Source: Chitinophagales bacterium (GTDB lineage Bacteria > Bacteroidota > Bacteroidia > Chitinophagales > Chitinophagaceae). From it: a stretch of 33,670 nucleotides of DNA. The position numbers and the translations under genes were made by a program. Positions 1-9,919 of the stretch are shown one piece after another (within the stretch, counting starts at the first letter, position 1; the number at the start of each line of letters is the position of its first letter). The stretch covers positions 1-33,670 of the forward strand of contig JANXYS010000073.1 in assembly GCA_025355935.1 (NCBI GenBank). The letters are read 5' to 3'. The notes under the pieces are model-generated. The model made no database searches, was not told the DNA's origin, and saw only the letters and a program-made list of their open reading frames with translations.

Positions 1-872
1 ACGACGGGAAGGCCGCAAGCCATCGCTTGCATTATCGCTGTACTCATTGTTTCACCAAAGGACGCGTGTATATAGATATCAAGGCTCTGCATAAATTCCA
101 CCAATTCCTTTTCATTAAGCATTCCAGTAAAAATGATCTTATCCTTTAGCCCAAGCTCAATGGCGTAACTTTCAAGTTGCCGGCGGGTACCCCCATCACC
201 GGCAAGAAAAAGAATACATTCCAACCCGGAATTTTTATCACACACCTCTTTGAAAGCCGCAAAGAGGGTGCGGTGATCTTTGATTTCTACCAGCCGGCTT
301 TGCATACCCATAAGAATTTTATCTTTCCCCAACCTCCCACTACGGCAATATTTAACAAGATCAATCCCGTTTGGAATCACTGTAATTTTTGCATCATTTA
401 CCAACCACGGCAGTCTTTGTTTTACCTGGCTCCTGTAAGCCTCACTTAAAAACACAATTTGATCTGACATGACAAGCGCCACGGAGAGCCAAAACCATTC
501 GGCCCTGGTTTTGAGATGGTTAGCTTGAGTTTCCCTTACTATCAAACGCGGTTTATGACTCGCCAATAACGTGCATATCCTGGCCGGTAAAACATAGGCG
601 CTGCTATGAAGAAAAATGATATCGGCTTTGGATTGTTTTATGTAATGAAAAAGCTGCTGATAATAGCGAAAATCGAGACCTGGTTTTTTGGGCACATAAT
701 TCCACGGAATTTTATATTCTTCGCAACGAGTAATATATTCTTCTCTAACTTTTTCTACGCCGTTAAACAAAGCCTGGTACTTGTGTTCTTGGTTCTTATC
801 TGCATGAACAAGTGAGAAAAATACATTTCCGTGTCCTCCTAACCCCGCATATAAAACGTGTAATATTTTCAT
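1..872 (-). CDS. Glycosyltransferase family 4, 3' end truncated by the window edge; not in the ORF track
   Basis: Manual translation from the ATG at 872 gives MKILHVLYAGLGGHGNVFF. The same frame at the left edge reads LDIYIHASFGETMSTAIMQAMACGLPV, the GT-B/GT4 C-terminal motif region. Confidence 0.88.
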   Translation of the reverse strand, partial: MKILHVLYAGLGGHGNVFFSLVHADKNQEHKYQALFNGVEKVREEYITRCEEYKIPWNYVPKKPGLDFRYYQQLFHYIKQSKADIIFLHSSAYVLPARICTLLASHKPRLIVRETQANHLKTRAEWFWLSVALVMSDQIVFLSEAYRSQVKQRLPWLVNDAKITVIPNGIDLVKYCRSGRLGKDKILMGMQSRLVEIKDHRTLFAAFKEVCDKNSGLECILFLAGDGGTRRQLESYAIELGLKDKIIFTGMLNEKELVEFMQSLDIYIHASFGETMSTAIMQAMACGLPV

Positions 873-885
873 TGTGGTATTGGCT

Positions 886-1980
886 TTACAAAACAGGTTT
901 AACGCGTTCGATGGATCGCCGGTTTTTAAAAAAAACATTCAGGGCATTTATGAGAGGCTTTTCTATCCATTTAAAAAAATACATGCTTAAAGCACTTATT
1001 ATAACAACGAGCAGCAGTATGATGAGGTGTAATGCTAATGCACTTTGGATTTGAAGCTTGGCCAGTAATTTAACGCTTATAGCTATAAGAGGTAAATGTA
1101 ATAAATATAGAGAATAGGACGCTTCGCCTAGTAACAAAAGTACGTTGTGGATGTTGATCACCTTCAACAATTCATATTTCACAAGGCCTGCGATTATAAA
1201 AAAGGAAGGAATTCCAAACATGATAACACGGTTAAAATCATCATGGGTTACCTGGCGTTGGTGTGAAAAAAAAATAGCACTTGCAATAAATAATAAAATA
1301 CCGCCGAAAACAAATGGAATTGCAAATTTTTGCGGTAATCTTGGAATTAGAGCTACAGATAAAACGCCCATAAAGAATTCGATGTTCTGTGGGAAAGTTA
1401 TCAAATGAAACCAATTATTTCCCCTTGGGAAATTATAACCACTAAAACGAAGTCCAATGATACAAACGATATATGCAAGCGAGAAATAATAAATCCAATT
1501 CTTTAATGGTATTAAAAATGCAGTCGCAAACAGAACGTAAAAAAATAATTCATAAGTAAGCGTCCAGCTCACACCATTTATCATAGGGTGGGCGGGTAGA
1601 AGCAGATAAGCTTGCATCAACTTTTCGGGCGCCAGGTCAAAGTGTGATTTGTAAGCCATAGGAAGCAACAGCTGCAGCGCTATGATTCCGGTTATAATGA
1701 TCCAATAAGTGGGAAATATGCGCACGAATCTACGTTGTAAAAATGTCCTCAATTTACCCCAATTTGCAAAACTTCTGAAACTTGTATACGTAATAATAAA
1801 GCCGCTTAATACGAAAAAAATGTCAACCCCCGATCCTCCAAAAATAAAACTGTTCCAAAAAAAGGATTTATTTAGTACTTCTGCCATATTGGTTGTGCAA
1901 TGTAACAATACAACAAGAAGGCTGGCAATGGCCCGGAGGACCTGTAACAGCTGTAAACTTTTTTGTTCCTGTATTTGCAT
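886..1980 (-). CDS. Acyltransferase family 3 (OafA-like membrane O-acyltransferase)
   Basis: Motifs LRAIASLLVVLLH, GVDIFFVLSGF, RRFVRIFP, WTLTYE, SYSLYLLH and IEKP; polytopic hydrophobic pattern. Confidence 0.92.
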   Translation of the reverse strand: MQIQEQKSLQLLQVLRAIASLLVVLLHCTTNMAEVLNKSFFWNSFIFGGSGVDIFFVLSGFIITYTSFRSFANWGKLRTFLQRRFVRIFPTYWIIITGIIALQLLLPMAYKSHFDLAPEKLMQAYLLLPAHPMINGVSWTLTYELFFYVLFATAFLIPLKNWIYYFSLAYIVCIIGLRFSGYNFPRGNNWFHLITFPQNIEFFMGVLSVALIPRLPQKFAIPFVFGGILLFIASAIFFSHQRQVTHDDFNRVIMFGIPSFFIIAGLVKYELLKVINIHNVLLLLGEASYSLYLLHLPLIAISVKLLAKLQIQSALALHLIILLLVVIISALSMYFFKWIEKPLINALNVFFKNRRSIERVKPVL

Positions 1981-1994
1981 GGTGGCAGAATTGA

Positions 1995-3167
1995 CTAATT
2001 ATTTACCACCGACGCACCTTCCGTGGCAAATGATGTAACTAATGGCAAAACCGATACCGGTTCTCCATCTGTGCTTTTAATAATTGCAAAACTGGCCTTC
2101 GCCTTTAAAAAGTAATTCTCAACATACTTGTATGAGAACATTGCAATAAGTAAAGTGAACACAAAAACTAGGGTTAAAAAGGTAATTATTTTTACATACG
2201 CAGGCAGTTCGATAGATTTTAGAAACAGAATAGAAAACGCAATTACCAGCGGATGATAAACATACATACCAAATGAAATTTTTCCTAAGAAGTCGAATGT
2301 TTTTGACCGAAGATTTATAAAAGGTTTACTAAGAAGATGGGAATAATAAATACACAAAACGGTAATAAATGCAACTAGCATGTGCAAGAGAGTCGTTGGA
2401 ATTTTAAGTTTGTTGGTTATAACCAAACCAAGTACAAGGGCTATAAAGACCTGCAAACTTTTTAGTAAGATTATTTTATTCACCATTTCAGACCGGTTTT
2501 TTAAAAACCAAGCACCAAAACCTCCAATTGCCATCGCATCAAACCGCGTATTATCTGCCCAAGAATACCAAAATAAATTGCCGGTCTTGTATGAAATAAA
2601 CTTAGCGCCTAATTTTATAAGCAAAACAATGGCTAGCATAGTGCATAAAATCTTAAAAAGGCTTTTAAATACTTTTACAAGCCATGGATAGAATGCATAA
2701 AATTGTTCTTCAACACCCAAAGACCAGAAATGCCCTAATAGGTAAATAGGAACCACTTTAGACATAGAAGCCATTTCATAGGCGGTGGGAATATTTGGAA
2801 AGAACAATAGGTAGTATCCGATGGAAGAATAATCAGTAACGTGGAATATAAAAATGTCCGCGGGGATCGCAAGCAACATGAACCCAAAATATAATGGCCA
2901 TATTCTGAGTAAACGCCGTATGTAAAATTTTTTAATAGAGATATCACCATTTTTATTTTTTTCTTCAACTAAGAGGTAAGTAATTAAAAAACCGCTTAGA
3001 GCAAAAAATGCAGTTACCCCAAACCCTGCTAATACAAAGATTGAGCCTTCGTAGCCGGGAATGATAAGGCCCAGGCTACTAAATGAATGAGAAAGCACTA
3101 CTGCAAGAGCACAGATTGCTCTTATGCCGTTCAGGCCATTAAAATGGATACTTTTATTTGTTCTCAT
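1995..3167 (-). CDS. Acyltransferase family 3 (OafA-like membrane O-acyltransferase)
   Basis: Motifs LNGIRAI, FFALSGFLIT, RRLLRIWP, HFWSLGVEEQFY and ISFGMYVYH. Confidence 0.92.
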   Translation of the reverse strand: MRTNKSIHFNGLNGIRAICALAVVLSHSFSSLGLIIPGYEGSIFVLAGFGVTAFFALSGFLITYLLVEEKNKNGDISIKKFYIRRLLRIWPLYFGFMLLAIPADIFIFHVTDYSSIGYYLLFFPNIPTAYEMASMSKVVPIYLLGHFWSLGVEEQFYAFYPWLVKVFKSLFKILCTMLAIVLLIKLGAKFISYKTGNLFWYSWADNTRFDAMAIGGFGAWFLKNRSEMVNKIILLKSLQVFIALVLGLVITNKLKIPTTLLHMLVAFITVLCIYYSHLLSKPFINLRSKTFDFLGKISFGMYVYHPLVIAFSILFLKSIELPAYVKIITFLTLVFVFTLLIAMFSYKYVENYFLKAKASFAIIKSTDGEPVSVLPLVTSFATEGASVVNN

Positions 3168-3198
3168 AAGCTATAAAAAACTTTCTTTTCTACCTTTA

Positions 3199-4296
3199 TT
3201 AATTCAAAGAATGCAGTAGTAAATCATCAACAGCTGAATTCCATTTGTGAACGATGGTTTGTATATTCAGCTTATCTATAATTCTTCGTCCATTCTCGGC
3301 TATCCTTTCACGTTCTGCAGGATTTTCCATCAGGTATGAAATGCCGGAAAGAAACTCATCCTCATTTTGATTCTCAATTAGCAAACCATTTTCATTGTTA
3401 GCGATACTATCTGAAGGACCTACTTCACAATCAAAGCTTACACTCGCACACCCGTTTGCCATTGCCTCGCAAAGCGCAACACAAAAGCCTTCATAAGCTG
3501 ACGTCATCGCAAAGATTTTTGCTTTTCCATAAAATTCGTTTACATTCTTTTGCGCGCCCCAGAGCGTCACTTTATCCTGCAGGCCGTAATGCCGGATAAG
3601 TGTTTCAAGTTCTTCTCTTTTTTCTCCTTCCCCAACAATCCATAGTTTCCAATGAGTTGGCTGAAGCTTATTGTACATTCTAATAAGCTTGTCAAACTGC
3701 TTCTGATCCGCCAGCCTGCCCAATCCTAAAATAACATCTTCCCGAGCTGGAGGATTTTCTAAAATAATATCTGCATTTAACGCATTTGGAATCACGAAAA
3801 TCTTTGCCGGCAAATCTATTTTTAAGCGCTTAAAAACCGGGATTGTATCTGCAGTTAAAACGACAGCACCTTCAGCCCGACTATAGAGTTTTTTACGTAA
3901 AGGAAAAAGAGCGGGGCTCATGGTAGCATGGGATGGAGTGATCTGGAACACCATAATCATAGGTACCTTAATAATGGCACGGGAAAAAAAAGCCCACATG
4001 ATGGAAGTGTCCATAAACGGTATTATAACATCAGGACCGATTTTTTTTATAGCACTGGGCAATCTCTTGTACCGGTTTAAAACATTAAGCATCGGACTAA
4101 AGGCACCGCCGGTGGTGGCTGTGCTGTTTAAGGGAAAAATAGAAATTGCCGGATTAAGTTTGAAAAAAGTTGTTCCTGTATCGAATGTGATAATACTTAT
4201 CTTGGCAGTTTTAACCCACTCATTTGCAAGCGTAACTAAGGCTGCTTCGGCCCCGCCCATTTGCAAGTTTGGAATAAGAAAAGCTATTGAACGCAT
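3199..4296 (-). CDS. Glycosyltransferase family 4
   Basis: N-terminal GGAE, GRLADQKQF, and EGFCVALCEAMA (Ex7E motif). Confidence 0.92.
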   Translation of the reverse strand: MRSIAFLIPNLQMGGAEAALVTLANEWVKTAKISIITFDTGTTFFKLNPAISIFPLNSTATTGGAFSPMLNVLNRYKRLPSAIKKIGPDVIIPFMDTSIMWAFFSRAIIKVPMIMVFQITPSHATMSPALFPLRKKLYSRAEGAVVLTADTIPVFKRLKIDLPAKIFVIPNALNADIILENPPAREDVILGLGRLADQKQFDKLIRMYNKLQPTHWKLWIVGEGEKREELETLIRHYGLQDKVTLWGAQKNVNEFYGKAKIFAMTSAYEGFCVALCEAMANGCASVSFDCEVGPSDSIANNENGLLIENQNEDEFLSGISYLMENPAERERIAENGRRIIDKLNIQTIVHKWNSAVDDLLLHSLN

Positions 4297-4323
4297 AATA
4301 ATATTTTTGGATCGGGGGGTAAG

Positions 4324-5268
4324 CTATTTAGCAATTAATGACCATAAAATCCGCTTAGGATTTTTAATAAGTAAAAAAGATAAAAATGATAATGAAAAAA
4401 GTAAATTTCTTTTCACCAACACAGGAATTCGGTATTTAAAGAAACAAATAAGTATTCTTCGGTAATCGTGTCCACTAAACTTGGAAGACATTATTAAACG
4501 GCTCTCAAATAATAATTGTAGAAACTCGTTTTTTACATCGTCGAATTTAGTCTTTATCGTTTCTCTGGAACGGCCATAATTTTCTCCCCCAGAAAAGCCT
4601 CCAACCCTTTTATAAAATTTAGCCTTGGGATTAAACCCGACGTTGCCCTCAAATATAACGGATCGGTTGAATAAGGTCCCAGGGTCAATTAACTTGATAT
4701 TAAAGGGGTGTTTTATCATCGTTTCACGCAGATACAAGGCTAAGTTTATACTCCACGACCATTCCCTGAAATGGCCAAATCGGATAAAATTTGACACCCT
4801 TTCAACATCTGACATACCCGCGGTCGAAAGCACGTGTGCCTCATCAAAACAATTAATAGATTTTTTATGACGGCCATCCAACTCGATAAGCTCTATACTT
4901 CCGATAGCGATTTTCAACGAAGGATCTTTGACAAATTCCTGATGTAGCAACTTAATATAATCAACGTCGTAAAGATCATCATCTGCAAAAAAAAGGACAT
5001 ATTCGCCCGTAGCTAATGTAGGTATGAGATTGAAATTATTAATCCAGCCAATATTTTCAGGGTGTCGAATATATCTCACGCGCCCGTCTTGTTTTTGGAA
5101 TATTTCCCCGACGGATTTTGTAGAATCGGTTGAACAATTATCAAGAATCAAGACTTCAAGATTCTGGTAGCTTTGATCTAAAACAGATTGTATTGCTGGA
5201 GCAAGGTATTCACCGCTGTTGTACGCAGGAATACCGACGGTAATCAAAGGTCCTTTCTGGTTAGACAT
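4324..5268 (-). CDS. Glycosyltransferase family 2
   Basis: GT-A motifs ITVGIPAYN, LDNCSTDST, NIGWINNFN and FADDD. Confidence 0.92.
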   Translation of the reverse strand: MSNQKGPLITVGIPAYNSGEYLAPAIQSVLDQSYQNLEVLILDNCSTDSTKSVGEIFQKQDGRVRYIRHPENIGWINNFNLIPTLATGEYVLFFADDDLYDVDYIKLLHQEFVKDPSLKIAIGSIELIELDGRHKKSINCFDEAHVLSTAGMSDVERVSNFIRFGHFREWSWSINLALYLRETMIKHPFNIKLIDPGTLFNRSVIFEGNVGFNPKAKFYKRVGGFSGGENYGRSRETIKTKFDDVKNEFLQLLFESRLIMSSKFSGHDYRRILICFFKYRIPVLVKRNLLFSLSFLSFLLIKNPKRILWSLIAK

Positions 5269-6802
5269 TAGCAGAGTGGCTTTTTTTTATAAATATTTCG
5301 AAAAGATTATATTTCTTCTCTATAAAAAAATATAACATAGCTATCAGGCTAAAAGATAATAGAATAAATATCATGTTATTTTGAGCCAGTTTGAACCGAT
5401 CCACTACGATATATGCAGGGGCAATAACTATCGCGGACACAATTATGGGTTTCAAAATAACCTCTATATACCATGTTTTTAACGACACCAATTGTACTTT
5501 TTTTTGAATTATGGGAATAAGTAAAATTAAATAAGCGAGCTGCAGCAGCACATATGCAAGGGCGGAGTTACTGATTTTTCCTGTAAGAAGAGAGAGGTAT
5601 AACAATGGAATATAGATTACTAATAAAACCAAATATAGCCGGATTATCTTTTTGGTATACCCCACTGCAAGAGCGAGGTTATAAGGCAAATGAAGAGTTG
5701 AATTGATAAGAAACCCGATAACAAAAAAAGACAGCAGTAAATGATTACTTGATGCAAGTTGCTCGTTTTTGGTATAGAGTAAGAGCAATCGGTAAGAAAA
5801 GAAGCACATGAATACACTCACAGGTGCAATAATATAGGAAACACGCCTACAATTAATAAGGTAAATGGACTTTAATTCCTTATAGTTTTCAGAAATGATC
5901 AATCTATTAAACTGTGGAAAAAGCGACTGTGTAAACGCAGGTACAACAAAGACCACAATCATGCCCGCAATTGTTTGAGAAAGAGTATAATAACCCATCT
6001 GGCTTAATGAAAAACTTTTGCTTAATATTAGTTTATCAATTTGGGTAAGAAATGCTGCAATGATTGTTATGGTAGTAATCCCTCCTGCAAAACGCCCAAC
6101 TTTTTTTAAAACCGCTTTCTCAAAGAACACCTTCTCCCCTGATTTCGGTAATGCATTCCAAACCGACCATTTCAAAATCAAGGCTTGTAAAATGTTCACA
6201 AACAACATCCATCCAAAAAAAGATATCACGGTCTTTTGATAAAATACCAGCACACATATAGCTCCAACACTCCTTAGAAAAGCAAATAAAACTCTTAGAA
6301 TATTTAATTGTATATGTCTTTGAAGTCCCAGAAGGCCGCCACTATAAAACCCGTAAGGAAACTGGAATACTAACGAAACACTCATCAGCACAAAAGCCAC
6401 TTGAATAGTTTCACGGCTTAATTCATTCGGATGAACCCAAAAATTTGCCATAAAGGAGGAAAGCGATACAGCAATAATCCCCGCTGTAAGTGCGATTACC
6501 CAGTAAACATTTCCCAAGGTTTTTACAAGGGTTCGCATACCGGTCTCGGAATTTGGAACAGCGCTTAAGCTCGCAAGTTCGCGGTTCAGCGTAATACTTA
6601 ATCCGCCATCAAGAAATGATAGAATTACTTGAAGGCTGGTAAAAATCCCAATAAGTCCGTACCCTTCCGCACCGATAAACCGAAGGTAAAAAGGGATGCA
6701 AACAAAGCTCAGCAATGGACCTGCACTATTACCTATAAAGTTGGCAGCAACATTTATTTTTAAGTCGGATGAATAAGTTTGTAAACTTCTTTTTAAGGGC
6801 AC
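5261..6802 (-). CDS. wzx: Polysaccharide/O-antigen flippase (Wzx, MOP superfamily)
   Basis: 513-aa polytopic membrane protein with G-AEGYG, LDGGL and QIDKLILSK...GYY features; sits inside a polysaccharide locus. GTG start. Confidence 0.85.
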   Translation of the reverse strand: MPLKRSLQTYSSDLKINVAANFIGNSAGPLLSFVCIPFYLRFIGAEGYGLIGIFTSLQVILSFLDGGLSITLNRELASLSAVPNSETGMRTLVKTLGNVYWVIALTAGIIAVSLSSFMANFWVHPNELSRETIQVAFVLMSVSLVFQFPYGFYSGGLLGLQRHIQLNILRVLFAFLRSVGAICVLVFYQKTVISFFGWMLFVNILQALILKWSVWNALPKSGEKVFFEKAVLKKVGRFAGGITTITIIAAFLTQIDKLILSKSFSLSQMGYYTLSQTIAGMIVVFVVPAFTQSLFPQFNRLIISENYKELKSIYLINCRRVSYIIAPVSVFMCFFSYRLLLLYTKNEQLASSNHLLLSFFVIGFLINSTLHLPYNLALAVGYTKKIIRLYLVLLVIYIPLLYLSLLTGKISNSALAYVLLQLAYLILLIPIIQKKVQLVSLKTWYIEVILKPIIVSAIVIAPAYIVVDRFKLAQNNMIFILLSFSLIAMLYFFIEKKYNLFEIFIKKSHSANV

Positions 6803-6857
6803 GATGCTTTTAAAATTTGGTTTAAATTTTCAATAGTTTAGTGGCTCTGTTTCTGCC

Positions 6858-7541
6858 CTATTTTAAGGATTTCAAATTGGTATTAAAAAAATATTGCGCA
6901 TAACATACATCTGACCGTTTAATTTCTAGCTGTCCGATTTCGAAATTCATGAACGCGGTTTCATCTTCTGCAAGATTTTTTTGAAAGATAGTAGTACGTG
7001 TGCTAATCGTACACCTGTTTCCTATATTACAATCTCCTATCACTGATGAATTGGCTGTCAGCGACACTCCCTTTCCAAATACTGGGTATTTACCTTTTTG
7101 CGAACCTACCGTACACCCCTGCAAAGCAATAAAGTAATCACCATAACTGGCTTTGCCCAGCATAGTACCTGAAGAATGGAATAACAAAAATATTTCAGGC
7201 ATCAGGGTATCATACATGCAATCAAGTCCATGCAACGTTTTATTGAGATAATATAGTTTGTTAGCAATATTACATTTGCCTTTCGCGAGGAACATCTCAT
7301 TTGACAAATACCACAGATACATGACATAATGGTCGGAAAACAAATGATTAAATATCGTCGACTGACCGTCAAAATAATGTTTTAGAGATACTTCCCTAAA
7401 ACATCGGTCTAATCGAATTAAAGCCGCTTCTACAAGAAATAATTCACTGCCCAGATTAACAATATCTCCATCAGGAAAAATGTGATTTAACTGTGCCGAC
7501 GTATAATCACAAAGCTGTTTGGTGGATAGAGATTGAGTCAT
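6858..7541 (-). CDS. Serine acetyltransferase-like hexapeptide-repeat (LbH) acyltransferase
   Basis: C-terminal left-handed beta-helix pattern (FHSSGTMLG...QGCTVG...YPVFGKGVSL...VIGDCNIGNRCTI). Confidence 0.72.
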   Translation of the reverse strand: MTQSLSTKQLCDYTSAQLNHIFPDGDIVNLGSELFLVEAALIRLDRCFREVSLKHYFDGQSTIFNHLFSDHYVMYLWYLSNEMFLAKGKCNIANKLYYLNKTLHGLDCMYDTLMPEIFLLFHSSGTMLGKASYGDYFIALQGCTVGSQKGKYPVFGKGVSLTANSSVIGDCNIGNRCTISTRTTIFQKNLAEDETAFMNFEIGQLEIKRSDVCYAQYFFNTNLKSLK

Positions 7542-7561
7542 ATGAGGTGAAGTTTAAAAAT

Positions 7562-8791
7562 CTAAAATAAAATTTGCAGTTCCGGCACCGCAACCACAAA
7601 CTTTCCTCCCCAGTCGCCGATATAACTTAATTGTTTTGAAATTTCATCTTTCAAATTCCATGGCAGTATCACTATATAATCTGGTTTCTCGTCTTTTATC
7701 TTTTGCTCATCATAAACGGGAATATGTGTACCGGGCAAGAATTTATTCTGTTTGTGCGGGGAGGCATCTGCTACAAAATGAAGCAGGTCTTTTTTCGTAC
7801 CGGCAAAATTAAGCAAGGTATTTCCTTTCGCAGCGGCGCCATAACCGGCTACCTTTTTCCCTTTTGACTTTGCTTCTATCACGAATGCGGTAAAATCATT
7901 CTTTACTTTTTCGGCCTTCTGTTGGTAATCCCGGTAAATGGTGAGATCTTTTAAACCAAAACTTATCTCTTTACGAAGCATGTCACCAACATTTCCTTCG
8001 ATAGGTTTTGTAGAATCTTCAGTATGTTTTGCAAATATTCTAAGTGATCCCCCATGCGTTGTCACTTCTTCAACATCGAAAATATCGAGGCCTTGTTTTG
8101 CGAAAATTTGCTGAACGGCTACCAGGGACAGATAGCAAAAGTGTTCGTGGTAGATGGTATCAAATTGGTTTTTATCAATGAGCTGCAACAAGTGCGGAAA
8201 CTCAAAAGTTATTACCCCATTTTCCTTTAGCAGAATTTTTAATCCGCCGACAAAATCATTAATATCGGGTACGTGCGCAAGTACATTATTTCCCAGCAAG
8301 AGGTCAGCCTTTGTTCCCTCACCTGCAAGTTTAGTTGCCAGGCGAACGCCGAAAAAATCTACCACTGACTCAATTCCTTTTTCTTTAGCGGCGGCCGCTG
8401 TGTTAGCTGTTGGCTCAATTCCAAGCACCGGAACTCCTTGCTCTTTGAAATATTGTAACAGGTAACCATCGTTACTGGCTATCTCAATTACCTGCGACTG
8501 GCTATTTAAACCAAATCGTTGTGTCATCATTTCCGTATAGGCCTTCGCGTGAGCCAGCCAGCTTGTAGAGAATGAGGAAAAATACGCATAATCGGCGTTA
8601 AAAATGTCATCATGTTTTGCAAATTCGTCTATCTGCACCAAGAAACATTTTTCACAAACCATGATTTTCAATGGAAAGAAAGTTTCAGGCTCGTTCAATT
8701 GAGTATTGGTTAAATAACTATTTGATGGCGGACTGAAGCCCAGGTCAACAAATTCATGGGTGAGTGCATGGCCGCAAAATCTGCAATTCAT
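7562..8791 (-). CDS. SAM-dependent NDP-hexose C-methyltransferase (TcaB9-like, N-terminal zinc-binding domain)
   Basis: CRFC and CEKC zinc ligands, YAYFSS, EIASNDG SAM motif, NVLAHVPD, DTIYHEH, THGGSLR, YGAAAKG and LPWN. Confidence 0.88.
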   Translation of the reverse strand: MNCRFCGHALTHEFVDLGFSPPSNSYLTNTQLNEPETFFPLKIMVCEKCFLVQIDEFAKHDDIFNADYAYFSSFSTSWLAHAKAYTEMMTQRFGLNSQSQVIEIASNDGYLLQYFKEQGVPVLGIEPTANTAAAAKEKGIESVVDFFGVRLATKLAGEGTKADLLLGNNVLAHVPDINDFVGGLKILLKENGVITFEFPHLLQLIDKNQFDTIYHEHFCYLSLVAVQQIFAKQGLDIFDVEEVTTHGGSLRIFAKHTEDSTKPIEGNVGDMLRKEISFGLKDLTIYRDYQQKAEKVKNDFTAFVIEAKSKGKKVAGYGAAAKGNTLLNFAGTKKDLLHFVADASPHKQNKFLPGTHIPVYDEQKIKDEKPDYIVILPWNLKDEISKQLSYIGDWGGKFVVAVPELQILF

Positions 8792-8812
8792 GTATATTCC
8801 TTTATATAGTAA

Positions 8813-9919
8813 TCAATTAATAACTGCTTCGTTAAGTTCAACTAGCCTTTCTAAATATTCACCTAGCTGCTCATTAGTGTGAACAGCTTTATTATTATAC
8901 CATTGCTGATACCACTGCATTGTTTTTTCAACAGCTTCGGTAGTATTCCAAACCGCTTTCCATTGTAACCGGGTTACGGCTTTTGTGTTATCAAGGATCA
9001 GGAGACCGGCTTCGTGAACTGCATCTTCAGGTGTCCCAAATTCGATGTCTATTAAATTCCATGTTGCTTTCGCAATTTCTGCTACTTGTTCAACATTTTT
9101 TACGTCACTGCTGTCCGGGGAGAAGTTCCAAGCCTCCGCAAAAGCAGTATCTTCTTCCAGCAATTTTTTTCCAAGTAAGAGATACCCGTATACACAATCG
9201 AGCACGTGTTGCCAGGGGCGTACACTCAAACGATTCCTGATCTTTACTTTCCGATTGTTCGAAGTTGCTGTGGCAATATCAGGTATCAAACGGTCAACGC
9301 TCCAATCACCACCTCCGATTACATTGCCGGCTCTTGCTGATGCGATCAGCATCTGATGTTTATTGTTATACTCTTTAATATTGAGGAAGGAATTTCGGTA
9401 AGACTTAATTAATATTTCGCAGCAAGCTTTCGATGAGCTATACATATCGTAACCTCCAAGAACGTCTTCTTCCGAGTAGGGTCTATCCCATTCCTTATTT
9501 TCATAAACCTTATCTGTAGTAATTAAAACAACAGCTGTTACCGACCTGCACTTTCTGGCTGCCTCAAGCACGTTCAAAGTACCAATAACATTTGTTTGAT
9601 ATGTATTAACTGGATCGTTATAAGAAGGCCTTACAAGCGCCTGCGCTGCAAGATGAAAGATAATATCGGGCTGTGCGTTACTAATGGCCGTTTCCAGCGA
9701 GTCAGCATCAAGTATATTTCCAAAAGTGGTTTTGTAATTGAGGTTTAACAGGCTAAAGTGGCTTGGTTCTGTTGTTGGGGGAAGCGCATATCCTTCTACG
9801 GCGACGCCAAGGGAATGAAACATTGCAGCCATCCACGAACCCTTAAAACCCGTATTTCCTGTAATAAAAACTTTCTTATGTTGATAAATGCTAAACATAT
9901 TTAATTCCAGGTTTTCCAT
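8813..9919 (-). CDS. rfbG: CDP-glucose 4,6-dehydratase
   Basis: ITGNTGFKGSW, HLAAQALV, TTDKVY, YSSSK, RAGNVIGGGDW and RPWQHVLD; overlaps the 3' end of rfbF. Confidence 0.95.
   Translation of the reverse strand: MENLELNMFSIYQHKKVFITGNTGFKGSWMAAMFHSLGVAVEGYALPPTTEPSHFSLLNLNYKTTFGNILDADSLETAISNAQPDIIFHLAAQALVRPSYNDPVNTYQTNVIGTLNVLEAARKCRSVTAVVLITTDKVYENKEWDRPYSEEDVLGGYDMYSSSKACCEILIKSYRNSFLNIKEYNNKHQMLIASARAGNVIGGGDWSVDRLIPDIATATSNNRKVKIRNRLSVRPWQHVLDCVYGYLLLGKKLLEEDTAFAEAWNFSPDSSDVKNVEQVAEIAKATWNLIDIEFGTPEDAVHEAGLLILDNTKAVTRLQWKAVWNTTEAVEKTMQWYQQWYNNKAVHTNEQLGEYLERLVELNEAVIN

Noticed and set aside
928-5505. A/T runs of 8-9 nt in acyltransferase, glycosyltransferase and wzx genes as phase-variation tracts
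   Set aside because: Such runs are expected in AT-rich sequence, all frames are intact, and there are no long G/C or microsatellite tracts.
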